Numbered from the stretch's first letter, positions 8,924 through 19,065 are shown. The stretch is DNA of 54,585 nt from a virus (IMGVR_UViG_3300028384_000913:1-54585); one strand, 5' to 3'. Numbers and translations are program-made. Notes: a model not told the origin generated them from the sequence alone.

Positions 8924-9992
8924 TTCATATGCTGAGTTTTTACCTCTTAAAACAGTGATGGTTGGTAGGTGTCATTCTTCTGAAAGTTTAGATCATACTT
9001 CTCTAGAGATGTCAGAAAAAACTAAAAACTTATTCAAGCAACTTTTACAAGAAACAGAGGAAGACTTTCAGCAGTTTATTTCTATCTGCAAGCAATTTGG
9101 AGCAGAAGTCAAAAGACCTAAGTATTCATCTAAATCTTTTAAAACCTCTGACTCTAGAGAAGCCCTAGGCTTAGGGGGTATGCGAGAAAGTCTTTTTCAA
9201 GAATACCCCTATCTACTGATTCCAAGAAATAATTTAATAACCTTAGATGACACGGTAGTATCAATAAATTCTGATGATGTTATACATAATGATTATATTA
9301 GTTCTATCACAAACATTAAAAATATAAGAAATGAATACACCACACATGACAATCTAAAGCCTTCTTCAATTATTAGGTTGGGTAAAGATATAATTGTAGA
9401 CAAACAAGAATTTATGAACAGTAACACTGAAAAAGGGTTTAATTATTTAAAAGAATGGTTAGAGCCTATTGGTTATAATATAATATACACAGCGTATCAT
9501 AACTTTAAATTTGCTGATCATCAAAGTCATGGCGATAGTACTTTGGCAATATGTAAACCAGGAGCATTGATAAGCCATGTTGATGCTAAAAATTATACGA
9601 CAGAGATTTTTAAATCCTGGGACGGTCTGACAATATCAGAAGACTCAAGTAAAAATAAGCTTAATAAATGGTACAGTCTAAAAACAAAATTAGCTAATTT
9701 CAACTTCTTTAGTAAAAAATATAATGATGAAGCTTTTCACCATACTATAGAAAACTGGTTCAAGGAATGGGTAGGATACGCTAATGAAACAGTATTTGAT
9801 ATTAATATTTTCTCTCTTGATGAGAGTACCGTTGTCGTATCTAACTATAACAAAGAAGTATTTGATTTCTTCAAAAAACACAAAATAGAGCCAATTATAT
9901 GTAACTTTAGACATAGGTATTTCTGGGATGCAGGATGGCATTGCTTAACTTCAGATTTAGAAAGAGAAGGAAATTGTGAACAATATCTCTAA
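8907..9992 (+). CDS. Amidinotransferase-family (pentein) enzyme, copy 2
   Basis: PRN, RLGKDI, HGDS, FDINI, RHRYFWDAGWHC.TSDL.R. GTG start at 8901 or 8907. Confidence 0.85.
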   Translation: MSNIYNSYAEFLPLKTVMVGRCHSSESLDHTSLEMSEKTKNLFKQLLQETEEDFQQFISICKQFGAEVKRPKYSSKSFKTSDSREALGLGGMRESLFQEYPYLLIPRNNLITLDDTVVSINSDDVIHNDYISSITNIKNIRNEYTTHDNLKPSSIIRLGKDIIVDKQEFMNSNTEKGFNYLKEWLEPIGYNIIYTAYHNFKFADHQSHGDSTLAICKPGALISHVDAKNYTTEIFKSWDGLTISEDSSKNKLNKWYSLKTKLANFNFFSKKYNDEAFHHTIENWFKEWVGYANETVFDINIFSLDESTVVVSNYNKEVFDFFKKHKIEPIICNFRHRYFWDAGWHCLTSDLEREGNCEQYL

Positions 9993-10428
9993 AGATATCG
10001 AAGAATGGATTGATAGAATTACTACCCCTATCAGCGGTTATCAAATATGCCCCTACGCTAAAAAAGCTAAGTACCTAATATTCGAGCACGAAGATATGCT
10101 AAGTATGCAAATGAAAGCTGCTTTTTACAATTATTCAGAAGATTTAATAATTTGTATACCTACAGATAAATATATGACTGTAGATAGGGCTAAGTATATT
10201 GAATATAACATCAACAAGACTGCATTAAACACTATAGTACTATTAGACCATCCTGAAGATCCTGGATATATAAACGGAGTGTATACAGGTAATGGTAAAC
10301 ATATAGTATTCCTTATCCAACCAAAGAAAGAACTCTTAGAAGCCCGAAAACATCTAAAAACTACTAGTTACTATGATAAATGGACTGAAGAGTATAAGAA
10401 CAAAATATGGCAAAACAATTACTATTAG
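9976..10428 (+). CDS. Hypothetical protein (DUF1415-like CPYA motif)
   Basis: W......G..ICPYAK, DHPED, and L....YY..W tail. Confidence 0.5.
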   Translation: MNNISKDIEEWIDRITTPISGYQICPYAKKAKYLIFEHEDMLSMQMKAAFYNYSEDLIICIPTDKYMTVDRAKYIEYNINKTALNTIVLLDHPEDPGYINGVYTGNGKHIVFLIQPKKELLEARKHLKTTSYYDKWTEEYKNKIWQNNYY

Positions 10429-10712
10429 AAGAGTTCCCCGATGATGCACTAGATCAAGTATTGTCCCTACCTCCAAAGGGAAAGACTCAATACTTTACTA
10501 GACTTGCTAAAGAGTTTTATGACTTTGATGAAGATTCTCATGAGTTTACAGACTTGCTTGAACAGTACATGAGTTCTTTTTATGTTGAAAAAATGTATAG
10601 AACAAACAGGTTCTTTAATGAAAAATTTACGCCTGTATATACTACAACAGGCTTAATCCGTAACATATGGGCTGACATATTTTTTACAGACGATGACCTC
10701 ATAACTCACTAA
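10407..10712 (+). CDS. Hypothetical protein
   Basis: 101-aa ORF filling the operon up to the next promoter. Confidence 0.6.
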   Translation: MAKQLLLEEFPDDALDQVLSLPPKGKTQYFTRLAKEFYDFDEDSHEFTDLLEQYMSSFYVEKMYRTNRFFNEKFTPVYTTTGLIRNIWADIFFTDDDLITH

Positions 10713-10720
10713 GATTATTA

Positions 10721-10749
10721 TTGCTAAACTCCTTGACTTTTTGTATAAT
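10721..10749 (+). promoter_or_regulatory. Sigma70-like promoter for the D5-helicase-primase-polymerase operon
   Basis: TTGCTA-N17-TATAAT followed by an AGGAG ribosome-binding site. Confidence 0.85.
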
Positions 10750-10772
10750 AGAGAAAATTACAGGAGTGATAT

Positions 10773-11546
10773 ATGGCTAAACCAACAGAGATTTCGGAAA
10801 CCAAAATCCGACAAGCAATCTGGATGATCAAAGCAAAAAAGACAAAAAAGTCTGTCTGTGAACATCTAGGTATCGCATATAATACTAAGCGTCTTGACGC
10901 TATCATTCAAGAATTCCACAATAAACAAGAACGTGAAGCGGAGCTAAAAAAGAAGGCTCGTGCTAAAGTATTCACAAAAACAGAAAAACAAGCTATTGCC
11001 GATTCTTACCTAGGGGGAGAAACACAATCAGGCATAGCTAAACAGTTCTACGTGTCGCCTCAAAGAATTAAAAAGATTCTTCTTGAGATGAATGTTCCTA
11101 TCCGTGCCAGAGGCAAAGGCAAAGCCGCACAAGTCGATCATGTTGTTCAAGACTTAGAGGTAAAATTTGGCATAAATGACAAGGTATTCTTAGCAGAAGA
11201 AAACTGCTTTGCTGAAGTTCGAGAAGTGTATGATGAAGATTACATAGAACATATTGAAAACGGAAAACAAAAGTACGTGGAAATTTACCCTTTCAAACCA
11301 GGACGTAACGGTAAAGCAGGTAAGTACTTCGAACCTGCTCAAGGTATACATTACGAGATATACTGGATGGTAGGGGACGCAGTTCTCCCTACATGGAAAA
11401 TGACTTCTTTCTTGCAACATAGAGATAAAGTTAGTAAAGTAATAGAAGAAACTGGAAGAGAATCTTATCTGGTTTATAAAAAAGACGATTTTGGCGGTTA
11501 CAGATTTGTAACTCGTGATCAACTATTCCCTGTTAAGGCTGGTTAA
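10773..11546 (+). CDS. T5 D5-like transcription regulator
   Basis: TKK..CE.LGI..N, YL.GE....IA...Y.S...K.IL; directly upstream of the helicase as in T5. Confidence 0.8.
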   Translation: MAKPTEISETKIRQAIWMIKAKKTKKSVCEHLGIAYNTKRLDAIIQEFHNKQEREAELKKKARAKVFTKTEKQAIADSYLGGETQSGIAKQFYVSPQRIKKILLEMNVPIRARGKGKAAQVDHVVQDLEVKFGINDKVFLAEENCFAEVREVYDEDYIEHIENGKQKYVEIYPFKPGRNGKAGKYFEPAQGIHYEIYWMVGDAVLPTWKMTSFLQHRDKVSKVIEETGRESYLVYKKDDFGGYRFVTRDQLFPVKAG

Positions 11547-12934
11547 TGGCAATTGACTTACAAAAACTTACTCTGCGTAGATTACTAGATACGCAGAGTA
11601 ATGATCTATACTCAAAACTCTTAAATCAATACTTTACAGGTATCAATTCTGTACTGTTCGATAAAGTTAAATCTTTCTACAAAGCTAATACTCGTCTACC
11701 TTCAACAGACGAGATTCTTGCGTTACGTAAAGACACTGGGCTTCAAGAATATTTAGAGAATCAAATATGTTCTGAAGATAACTATAATGAGGCTATACAA
11801 GACGAGTTTTTAGTAGCACAGCTTCAAGACTTTTACATTCGTGATGAAACTATTCATTTCATGGATAAGTTTGTCGATCAACTAGAAGATCTTGAAAAAG
11901 TTGAAATCGTAGATAAATTTCAAAACCATCTTCTTCACTTAAACCAAGCTATACCCCATGACGATGAGTTGTACGATATTGCAGAGCTAGAGTTTTTCCC
12001 TAGCGAAGACGATTTCAAGATATATCCTTCTGGATTATCTAACGAGTTTGACGCTATTAACGGTGGTTTTGCTACACAAGAACTTATCATGTTAGGTGGG
12101 CGTAGAGGATCTGGTAAATCTATTATATCTCTGAATCTTGCTATTAACAGATTTTTGCAAGGTAACACAGTTGCATTTTTTACTATTGAGATGCGATACA
12201 AAGAAGTGTACGACCGTGTACTGTCTATTATATCTGGTGTACCGTTTCTAGATATTTTTAGAAATCAACTTACAGATGCTCAAAAGATTACTATGGCTAA
12301 GGCTAAGTTTGAAAACTTCTACAAACCTTCTGACAAAATTAATCAGATGGTGCAAGAACTTGAATACACAAAAGATTTTAAAAACTTTGAAAAACGTGTA
12401 AAAATCGAAAGACCTGAGCTTAAGGATCATAGACTATTCATGATTGATGATGAGTCTCTAACTCTAAACAGAATTGATCATTATTGTAATATGTTTTCAT
12501 CAAAGTATCCTGCCTTTAACATGGCCGTAGTTGACTATGTTAATATCATCAAGCACGATGATCAAAAAGACTGGAAAACACAAATCACAATCGCTGATAA
12601 TCTCAAATCTCTTTCCCGTAAATATGACTTAACTATGATATCACCCTACCAAATCGATGCTACAGGCGAAGCTAGATTTGCTAAAGGCATCCTTGATTCT
12701 GCTGATCGTAGCTTCAACTTCTTTCCTCCTGCAGAAACAGAAGAAAGAGAGTTAGAAAGTAAGATATCTATACACACGACAAAAATGCGTAACGGTAAAC
12801 ACATGAGTTTTGATGTGATGATGGATTGGAGTTGTGTGAAAATTAATCCAGCTACCTCTGAAGTGATTAATGAACGACCGCATAATGCTGTAAAGTTTGG
12901 TACTGATAAACAAGAAGGATCACAAGACTTATAA
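11546..12934 (+). CDS. dnaB: DnaB-like replicative helicase (T5 D6-like)
   Basis: Walker A GGRRGSGKS, FTIEM, VVDY, SPYQ, KMRNG. Confidence 0.9.
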   Translation: MAIDLQKLTLRRLLDTQSNDLYSKLLNQYFTGINSVLFDKVKSFYKANTRLPSTDEILALRKDTGLQEYLENQICSEDNYNEAIQDEFLVAQLQDFYIRDETIHFMDKFVDQLEDLEKVEIVDKFQNHLLHLNQAIPHDDELYDIAELEFFPSEDDFKIYPSGLSNEFDAINGGFATQELIMLGGRRGSGKSIISLNLAINRFLQGNTVAFFTIEMRYKEVYDRVLSIISGVPFLDIFRNQLTDAQKITMAKAKFENFYKPSDKINQMVQELEYTKDFKNFEKRVKIERPELKDHRLFMIDDESLTLNRIDHYCNMFSSKYPAFNMAVVDYVNIIKHDDQKDWKTQITIADNLKSLSRKYDLTMISPYQIDATGEARFAKGILDSADRSFNFFPPAETEERELESKISIHTTKMRNGKHMSFDVMMDWSCVKINPATSEVINERPHNAVKFGTDKQEGSQDL

Positions 12935-13791
12935 TGGAATTAGTAGAACTTCTCAATAAAAGAGGTATTGAATACCGTAAAACAAATAATCCCGCAGAGA
13001 TTCTTATATCCTGTACTAGCGGAGAACACACAGACAAGTCTCCTAGTTTATCGTATAATCTAGAGCGTAATGTTTTTCATTGTTGGAGTTGTGGGTTCTC
13101 AGGCGGAATCAATAAGTTTATGAAGTCAATAGGTGAGACTGTAATACTCGATGTAGACAGTAAACAGCCTTACAAAATAAAGAAGCTCAAAGATAAACTA
13201 AGAAGCATTATTGAAATTGATGATATTCAATTACCTAGCGAGAGGCATATGTGGTCAGCAGAGTTTAGAAATATAGATGCAAGAACCATGAAAGAGTTTC
13301 AAGCGTTTACAACAGATCAGATGGGTTTGCAAGATTATCTTTGCTTTCCCGTATATCAATTTGGTAAACTTAAATTTATCGAAGGAAGATTAGCTAAAAA
13401 CATCGCAGGAAAAGCAAAGTACAATCGAAAGCCTGCTAAGTCTAAGGTTAATGATATACTCTTCCCATTAGATAAGCTTAAGAGTACAAACTACGTGATT
13501 CTCGTGGAAGGTATATTTGATATGTTAAATATGTGGCAACTAGGCTATACAAATACTTTATGCATATTTGGTGCGACTAATTTTGGTAGAAAAAAACTAG
13601 AAGTGCTTGATCGTATAGGAGTTACGCGAGTTGATATTCTTATGGATCCTGATGCTCCTGGGCAGATGGCGGCATCTAAGATCGCAGCCGAGTTAGATTC
13701 TCGTAATATTGTTTCTAGAAATATCAAGCTACCAGTAGGTATAGATCCAGGAGATCTTAACGTAATTCAAGCTAAGAAGTTTTTAGCATGA
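12934..13791 (+). CDS. dnaG: DNA primase (CHC2 zinc finger plus TOPRIM)
   Basis: C....H.D..PS...FHCWSCG, VEGIFD, DPDAPG, DPGD. Confidence 0.9.
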   Translation: MELVELLNKRGIEYRKTNNPAEILISCTSGEHTDKSPSLSYNLERNVFHCWSCGFSGGINKFMKSIGETVILDVDSKQPYKIKKLKDKLRSIIEIDDIQLPSERHMWSAEFRNIDARTMKEFQAFTTDQMGLQDYLCFPVYQFGKLKFIEGRLAKNIAGKAKYNRKPAKSKVNDILFPLDKLKSTNYVILVEGIFDMLNMWQLGYTNTLCIFGATNFGRKKLEVLDRIGVTRVDILMDPDAPGQMAASKIAAELDSRNIVSRNIKLPVGIDPGDLNVIQAKKFLA

Positions 13792-14063
13792 TAAAAGTAT
13801 TATTCATAGCAAAGATAAAAGATCTTAACGAAGAATATAAGAGTATGGAAACTAAACTTATGAAAGCCGCTTCTTCTGTAGAAGGGTATGTAGATATTGA
13901 AACAGAAGTCAAAGATGATGTTGAAATAACGATTAGTACATGGGAAGATAAAAATGCAGTAGAGAAGTGGGCAAAAGACCCTACTCATATTGAGGCAAAA
14001 GAACGAGTCAATGAGTGGTATCATTGGGTAAAAGGAATTCACATGGAGGTAATAGATGAGTGA
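13788..14063 (+). CDS. Antibiotic biosynthesis monooxygenase (ABM/HmoA-like) protein
   Basis: A...EGY......ITISTW....A...W..D..H..AK....WY pattern, 91 aa. Confidence 0.75.
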   Translation: MIKVLFIAKIKDLNEEYKSMETKLMKAASSVEGYVDIETEVKDDVEITISTWEDKNAVEKWAKDPTHIEAKERVNEWYHWVKGIHMEVIDE

Positions 14064-16311
14064 TGTATGTTTTGTGTTCGCAAGCGCAATCGAAAAAGAC
14101 GCGAATAAAGTAATTGATAAATATCTTAAAGGTGTTGATTATGATGTAAAGTTTTTACATTCAGGACGTAAAGAGAAGATTCTCAAAAAAGATATTGATA
14201 TGGAAATGTCTGAACTTGATGATTACAAAATTCTATGTCCAATCGGTGCTGACTCTCTTAAATATGTTGCAGGTATGACAGGTATTCAAAAATACAATGG
14301 TGTATTTATTGAAAAACGTTACTTACCTATTATGCATCCTAATATCACTATAATCAAACCTCAGCTTGAAGACGAAATCAAAAGAGCGTTTTCACAGATT
14401 CCAAAGCTTTTGAGCGGTGAAGGAATAGGCGAGAAAGTAGAAAAAGACTATTGTTTTGTAGAAACAGAAGAGCAGTTTCAAATTTACAGACAAGAGCTTG
14501 ATGATGCTAGCCAACTTGTAGTAGATATTGAAACTACATCAGTATCTCCTCATACAGGACATATCTTAGGTATCGCACTCTCAACGAGACCCCATCAAGG
14601 CATTTATGTTTCTGCTGAGATTGTAGAAAAACATAAAGACTGGTTCCATGGATTATTTAAACATAGAAAGTGTATTTTCCATAATTCTAAGTTTGACACA
14701 AACTACATGGAAACAGAGATGGGATTTGAATTTCCTGATTATGAAGATACAATGCTCCTACACTATTGCTTAGAAGAAGCCGTCGGAACGCATGGCCTAA
14801 AACCTCTTGCGCTGCGTTTTACTGATCTTGGGGACTACGAACGTGAACTGGACGAATATAAAAAGTCTTGGGCAAGAAAGAATAAAGTAAAGCTTGCTGA
14901 TTTTAACTATGGAATGTTACCTAGTGATATTCTTGCACCTTACGCTTGTAAAGATGCAGATGCGACTTATCAGCTATACGGAAAGTTCAAACCTCTCGTA
15001 GAAAAAAGTGAAGAATTTACTAGCCTATATCAGAAGATCTTATTACCAGCTACTCACGCAATGAAGACTCTAGAAAAGAATGGTGGTCCGATTAATGTTG
15101 AGCAAGTAGATTGGTTAGCAGAGCAGTATCAGATTGATGTTGAAGAATGTCTTGAAGAAATAAATACGCATGAAGCAGTACAAAGATTTGAACGAGTATA
15201 TGAAAAAACATTCAATCCTAATTCTACAGCACAGTTACGAGATTTGTTCTTCAACATAATCAAACTAAAACCAACCAAGAAAACTGATACAGGTGCTTGG
15301 TCGGTAGATAAGGAAGTGTTAACCAACCTTGGACATCCTTTGGCAGAAGCTATTCTTGAGCTTCGTGAAAAGTCAAAGATGGCTGGCACATACATTTCCA
15401 ATATTAGAAACGGAGTAGATAATGACGGTAGATTACGGAGCGGTTTTAATATTCACGGGACCACCTCTGGTCGCTTATCTTCTAGTGGAAATCTCAACTA
15501 CCAAAATATTCCACGAGACAATAAAGACATTAAAAAACTTTTCAAAGCAAGACCGGGATACAAAATTATTCAATGTGACCTTGGGACGGCAGAAGTGTAC
15601 TATGCTGCTATGCTATCTGGAGACCAGTTTCTACAGAAAGCTTTTATTGACAAGCTGGACTTTCACTCGTATGTTGCGAAACAAATGTTCAATTTGCCAG
15701 AAGAAGTTAACGAAGTTAAAAAAGTCCACCCAAACGAAAGACAGTATGCAAAAGCTATTACCTTCGGAATCATGTACCAAGCAGGACCAGCAAAAATTGC
15801 TGAAACCGTGAATAAAGACGCAAAAGCTGGAGAAGAGATCACAACTGCCCAATCTAAGCAATTTATTCAAAAGTACTTTAGTGAGGCAAAAGCTTTGAAA
15901 AAGTTTATTGATGGATCTAATAAACAAATTGAAAATCACGCTTTCATATATTCATTCTTTGGTCGTAAACGCAGACTTCCAGAAGCTAAGTCCCCGAATC
16001 GCGGAGTATCACAGCACGCAATTCGATCTGGTGTGAACTTCTTAGTACAGTCTGTAGCTTCAGATATTAATGTTCTTGGAGTAATCGACTTGGTAAAATG
16101 GATTGAAGATAATAATTATAGTGATGCCATCAAACCCTTCACTGTAGTACATGACTCAATTGTGTCAGAAGTAAGAGAAGATTTAGTTGATACATACATT
16201 GAAAATGCAAAACGCTGTATTCAAACAGATAGGGGATTATCTATTCCAGATTGTCCGATTAAGGTAGACTTTGAAGTTGGGCCTAGTTGGGGTGAACTAA
16301 CCGAATTGTAA
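14056..16311 (+). CDS. polA: Family A DNA polymerase with N-terminal UDG-like domain and 3'-5' exonuclease
   Basis: DIETT, HNSKFD, YACKDA; TSGRLSS, DLGTAEV, RQYAKAITFGIMY (Phe at the 762-equivalent position), VHDSI. Confidence 0.95.
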   Translation: MSDVCFVFASAIEKDANKVIDKYLKGVDYDVKFLHSGRKEKILKKDIDMEMSELDDYKILCPIGADSLKYVAGMTGIQKYNGVFIEKRYLPIMHPNITIIKPQLEDEIKRAFSQIPKLLSGEGIGEKVEKDYCFVETEEQFQIYRQELDDASQLVVDIETTSVSPHTGHILGIALSTRPHQGIYVSAEIVEKHKDWFHGLFKHRKCIFHNSKFDTNYMETEMGFEFPDYEDTMLLHYCLEEAVGTHGLKPLALRFTDLGDYERELDEYKKSWARKNKVKLADFNYGMLPSDILAPYACKDADATYQLYGKFKPLVEKSEEFTSLYQKILLPATHAMKTLEKNGGPINVEQVDWLAEQYQIDVEECLEEINTHEAVQRFERVYEKTFNPNSTAQLRDLFFNIIKLKPTKKTDTGAWSVDKEVLTNLGHPLAEAILELREKSKMAGTYISNIRNGVDNDGRLRSGFNIHGTTSGRLSSSGNLNYQNIPRDNKDIKKLFKARPGYKIIQCDLGTAEVYYAAMLSGDQFLQKAFIDKLDFHSYVAKQMFNLPEEVNEVKKVHPNERQYAKAITFGIMYQAGPAKIAETVNKDAKAGEEITTAQSKQFIQKYFSEAKALKKFIDGSNKQIENHAFIYSFFGRKRRLPEAKSPNRGVSQHAIRSGVNFLVQSVASDINVLGVIDLVKWIEDNNYSDAIKPFTVVHDSIVSEVREDLVDTYIENAKRCIQTDRGLSIPDCPIKVDFEVGPSWGELTEL

Positions 16312-16321
16312 GGAGATTAAC

Positions 16322-16465
16322 ATGTTACAAAAAGATAAACGTAAAGGAAGAACCATTGAAAATTCTTTATTCGCAAGGAAAAGAAGAAGAATCAAAAAGG
16401 CAATACGTTTAGCTAGGATGATTAGTACCTTTAGAAAAAATAGGAAAAAGCGAAAAAAGGGATGA
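16322..16465 (+). CDS. 47-aa extremely basic peptide (not in ORF track)
   Basis: AAGGAG RBS, ATG 16322, MLQKDKRKGRTIENSLFARKRRRIKKAIRLARMISTFRKNRKKRKKG, ATGA overlap with the next gene. Confidence 0.75.
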   Translation: MLQKDKRKGRTIENSLFARKRRRIKKAIRLARMISTFRKNRKKRKKG

Positions 16466-16953
16466 ATAAGTTTGAATTCATAAAATATCCTTTTTTCGGA
16501 ATTAAACAAAAACCTTATCAGATTAAATATGACTTAACAAAAATGTATATCAAAAGAATGTATACAGGACATTTTGAAACAGTTGATGATAAATCTTTAG
16601 CAGGTGACTATTTTGCAAGATTAGCTACTCTTGAGACTAGGTTAAAATTTGATTATACTTGTAAGAACCTTCAAGAACTAATTTACAGTGGTTGTAGATG
16701 GGGAATGGATTGTGAAGCTAATCCACATGATTTATCAAAACCCATGACTGCCAGATCGTTCTGTAATAAGGTTGTAAAAGTAAATGATAATCTAGTTTGG
16801 ATAAAGAATGTGTCGTACCCTTTTACTATTCCAACAAGTGAGAAGCTAGAATTGAATGAAGAGATATTTGGGACTGTAGTGAAAGTCGGAGATGAGTGGT
16901 ATCTCAAAGAATTTTCTTTTGAGCCTAATAACAATACTTATATGAGGATATAA
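16462..16953 (+). CDS. Hypothetical protein (T5-like gene between polymerase and D10)
   Basis: 163-aa coupled ORF at a syntenic position; DD..L.GDYF.RL motif. Confidence 0.6.
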   Translation: MNKFEFIKYPFFGIKQKPYQIKYDLTKMYIKRMYTGHFETVDDKSLAGDYFARLATLETRLKFDYTCKNLQELIYSGCRWGMDCEANPHDLSKPMTARSFCNKVVKVNDNLVWIKNVSYPFTIPTSEKLELNEEIFGTVVKVGDEWYLKEFSFEPNNNTYMRI

Positions 16954-17327
16954 TGCTAGTACATAAGCATCTGCTTCTTCAAGCTAGGTTTTTAGCAAGA
17001 GGCAGAGTTGAAAGATATTATGAGACTTGGATGAAGGTACTTGTAGAGAAAATTGGTATGGAATTGCTAACAGAACCAAAAGCAGTTAGATCTAATATGC
17101 CAGGAAACAGAGGTATTACCTGTTCTGCTATGATTACTACTAGTCACATAGTCTTACACACATGGGAAGATACACATCCAGGGCTATTACAGTTAGATGT
17201 TTATTCTTGTAAAGACTTTGAAATAAGTGATGTTATAGAAAAATTAAAAGATTTTTGGGTAGATGAACATACTATTCAGTTTAAATTTTTAGACAGAGAA
17301 AATGGGTTTACTGAGCTAAATGGGTAA
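16953..17327 (+). CDS. speD: Pyruvoyl-dependent S-adenosylmethionine decarboxylase-like proenzyme
   Basis: HKHLL, G.T....ITT|SHIVLHTWE self-cleavage region, QLDVYSCK.F. Confidence 0.85.
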   Translation: MLVHKHLLLQARFLARGRVERYYETWMKVLVEKIGMELLTEPKAVRSNMPGNRGITCSAMITTSHIVLHTWEDTHPGLLQLDVYSCKDFEISDVIEKLKDFWVDEHTIQFKFLDRENGFTELNG

Positions 17328-17348
17328 ATGGTATAAGCGAGAAGATAA

Positions 17349-18635
17349 TTGAAAAAAGCACAAGTAAAAAAGATATTCTTGTCGGATAAAATTTATATTA
17401 AGAAGAAAGACGTATTTGATGAAGATCATCTTCTCTCACTATATACCTATGACAATGGAGATGAATTTTTGTCCACCATCTCAGAAGACGAAGACTACTA
17501 TATCGTACCGTCAAATTCCTATCATAAACTTGAATGGGAGGAAATCGAAGACCAACGAAATTTTGAACAAACGGATGCAGATCTCAGCTTCATCGGATCA
17601 TTACGTTGGGAACAAGCTGAAGTAGTAGATAAATTTTTCAAACGCGGAAGAGCAAGATCTGGGCTACTCCAGGCTCCTTGTGGATGGGGTAAAACTTTTA
17701 CAGGCTGTGAAATTATCTCAAGAAACAAAACTAAAACACTGGTTTTAGTTCATACTAAGCTGTTATTTAGGCAATGGATTGAAGAACTAGAAAGACAGAT
17801 ACCAACGGCTAAAATAGGTAGAGTAGGCGACGGTTTGTGTGATATTCAAGATATTACTGTAGGTATATATAAGTCTGTGTATAATCGTAGGGACGAACTC
17901 TCTGAGAAGTTCTCAATGATCTTAGTAGATGAAGCACATTTATGCCCAGCTGAAATGTTTTCTACTGCACTTAATTCACTTAACGCGAAAATAAAGATTG
18001 GTATATCAGCTACACCAAGAAGGAAAGATGGAAAGCATGTTTTCTTAGCAGACTACTTCTCACCTTTCATGGTAGAGGCTCGTGATCCAAGACAGTTACA
18101 AGACCCTGTAGTTCAGATTAAACGTACTGACTTTCGTTTCCCTGTAATAGATCCGAAAAGAGACTGGTCGCGCCAGCTGAACCAGCTTTGCAAAAATCAA
18201 AAGTACTTGGAAGCTATCGCTAATTTTGCCAAAAGTCAGATAGTCACTGGTCGTTGTCCACTCATACTAGGTGAGCGTGTACAAATGTTAAAAGATCTTC
18301 AGGAAATGATTCCTGATAGTGTTTGTCTTATAGGAGAATCAGATGAATCAACTAGAGAAGATGTTCTTCAAAATGTTGGAGGAAAATACAAGTGCGTCCT
18401 TTCAACCAAGCTATTCGATGAAGGAATCAGTTGTCATAGGCTTGATACTTTATATCTCACTTGTCCTTCTAATAATCCTATTAAGTTAGAACAGCGGATT
18501 GGGAGAATCATTAGAGAGCACCCAGATAAACAAGTTCCTATGATAGTTGACTTTTGGTTATCTGGAGGAATAGTCGCAAGACAGCAAACTAAACGATTAC
18601 AGTGGTATCAGCAGCGTGGATATTATATACTTTAA
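17349..18635 (+). CDS. SF2 helicase (T5 D10-like)
   Basis: APCGWGKT, DEAH, SAT, FDEGI, EQRIGRI.R. Confidence 0.9.
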   Translation: MKKAQVKKIFLSDKIYIKKKDVFDEDHLLSLYTYDNGDEFLSTISEDEDYYIVPSNSYHKLEWEEIEDQRNFEQTDADLSFIGSLRWEQAEVVDKFFKRGRARSGLLQAPCGWGKTFTGCEIISRNKTKTLVLVHTKLLFRQWIEELERQIPTAKIGRVGDGLCDIQDITVGIYKSVYNRRDELSEKFSMILVDEAHLCPAEMFSTALNSLNAKIKIGISATPRRKDGKHVFLADYFSPFMVEARDPRQLQDPVVQIKRTDFRFPVIDPKRDWSRQLNQLCKNQKYLEAIANFAKSQIVTGRCPLILGERVQMLKDLQEMIPDSVCLIGESDESTREDVLQNVGGKYKCVLSTKLFDEGISCHRLDTLYLTCPSNNPIKLEQRIGRIIREHPDKQVPMIVDFWLSGGIVARQQTKRLQWYQQRGYYIL

Positions 18636-19065
18636 CTGGTATGAATTAGTATCAAAGGCAAGAAAGGATCAAACCGCCATATTGATCTTGACTTTTGCAC
18701 AAACTTCATTGTATAATCCATATACTACTAAGGGATTGATGAAAGCATTAAAAATTAATCACATCCCTATACATCTATTCACAACTGGCTTACTGGAGCA
18801 GAAAAACAATAGGCTAGTGTGCAACTACAAAACAGAAGAGCCAATGAGTTATTTCAAGAATCCATATTTCTTAACTCAAAATGCTTCTGTTTTATATAAA
18901 ACAGAGTACTTGCAAATGCTCTCTATGCGTAGAATTAGTGAAGCTCAAGATTACATCGCTAAGAACTATATTAGAAAAGATTTGCAAAATCCCTTTGTAA
19001 CAGTCAAAGGAGATAAAATTTATTTTCCACAAGAGTCCTCGATAACGAGGAATACCTACACATAA
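18616..19065 (+). CDS. Hypothetical protein
   Basis: 149-aa ORF between the D10- and D11-like genes. Confidence 0.6.
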   Translation: MDIIYFNWYELVSKARKDQTAILILTFAQTSLYNPYTTKGLMKALKINHIPIHLFTTGLLEQKNNRLVCNYKTEEPMSYFKNPYFLTQNASVLYKTEYLQMLSMRRISEAQDYIAKNYIRKDLQNPFVTVKGDKIYFPQESSITRNTYT

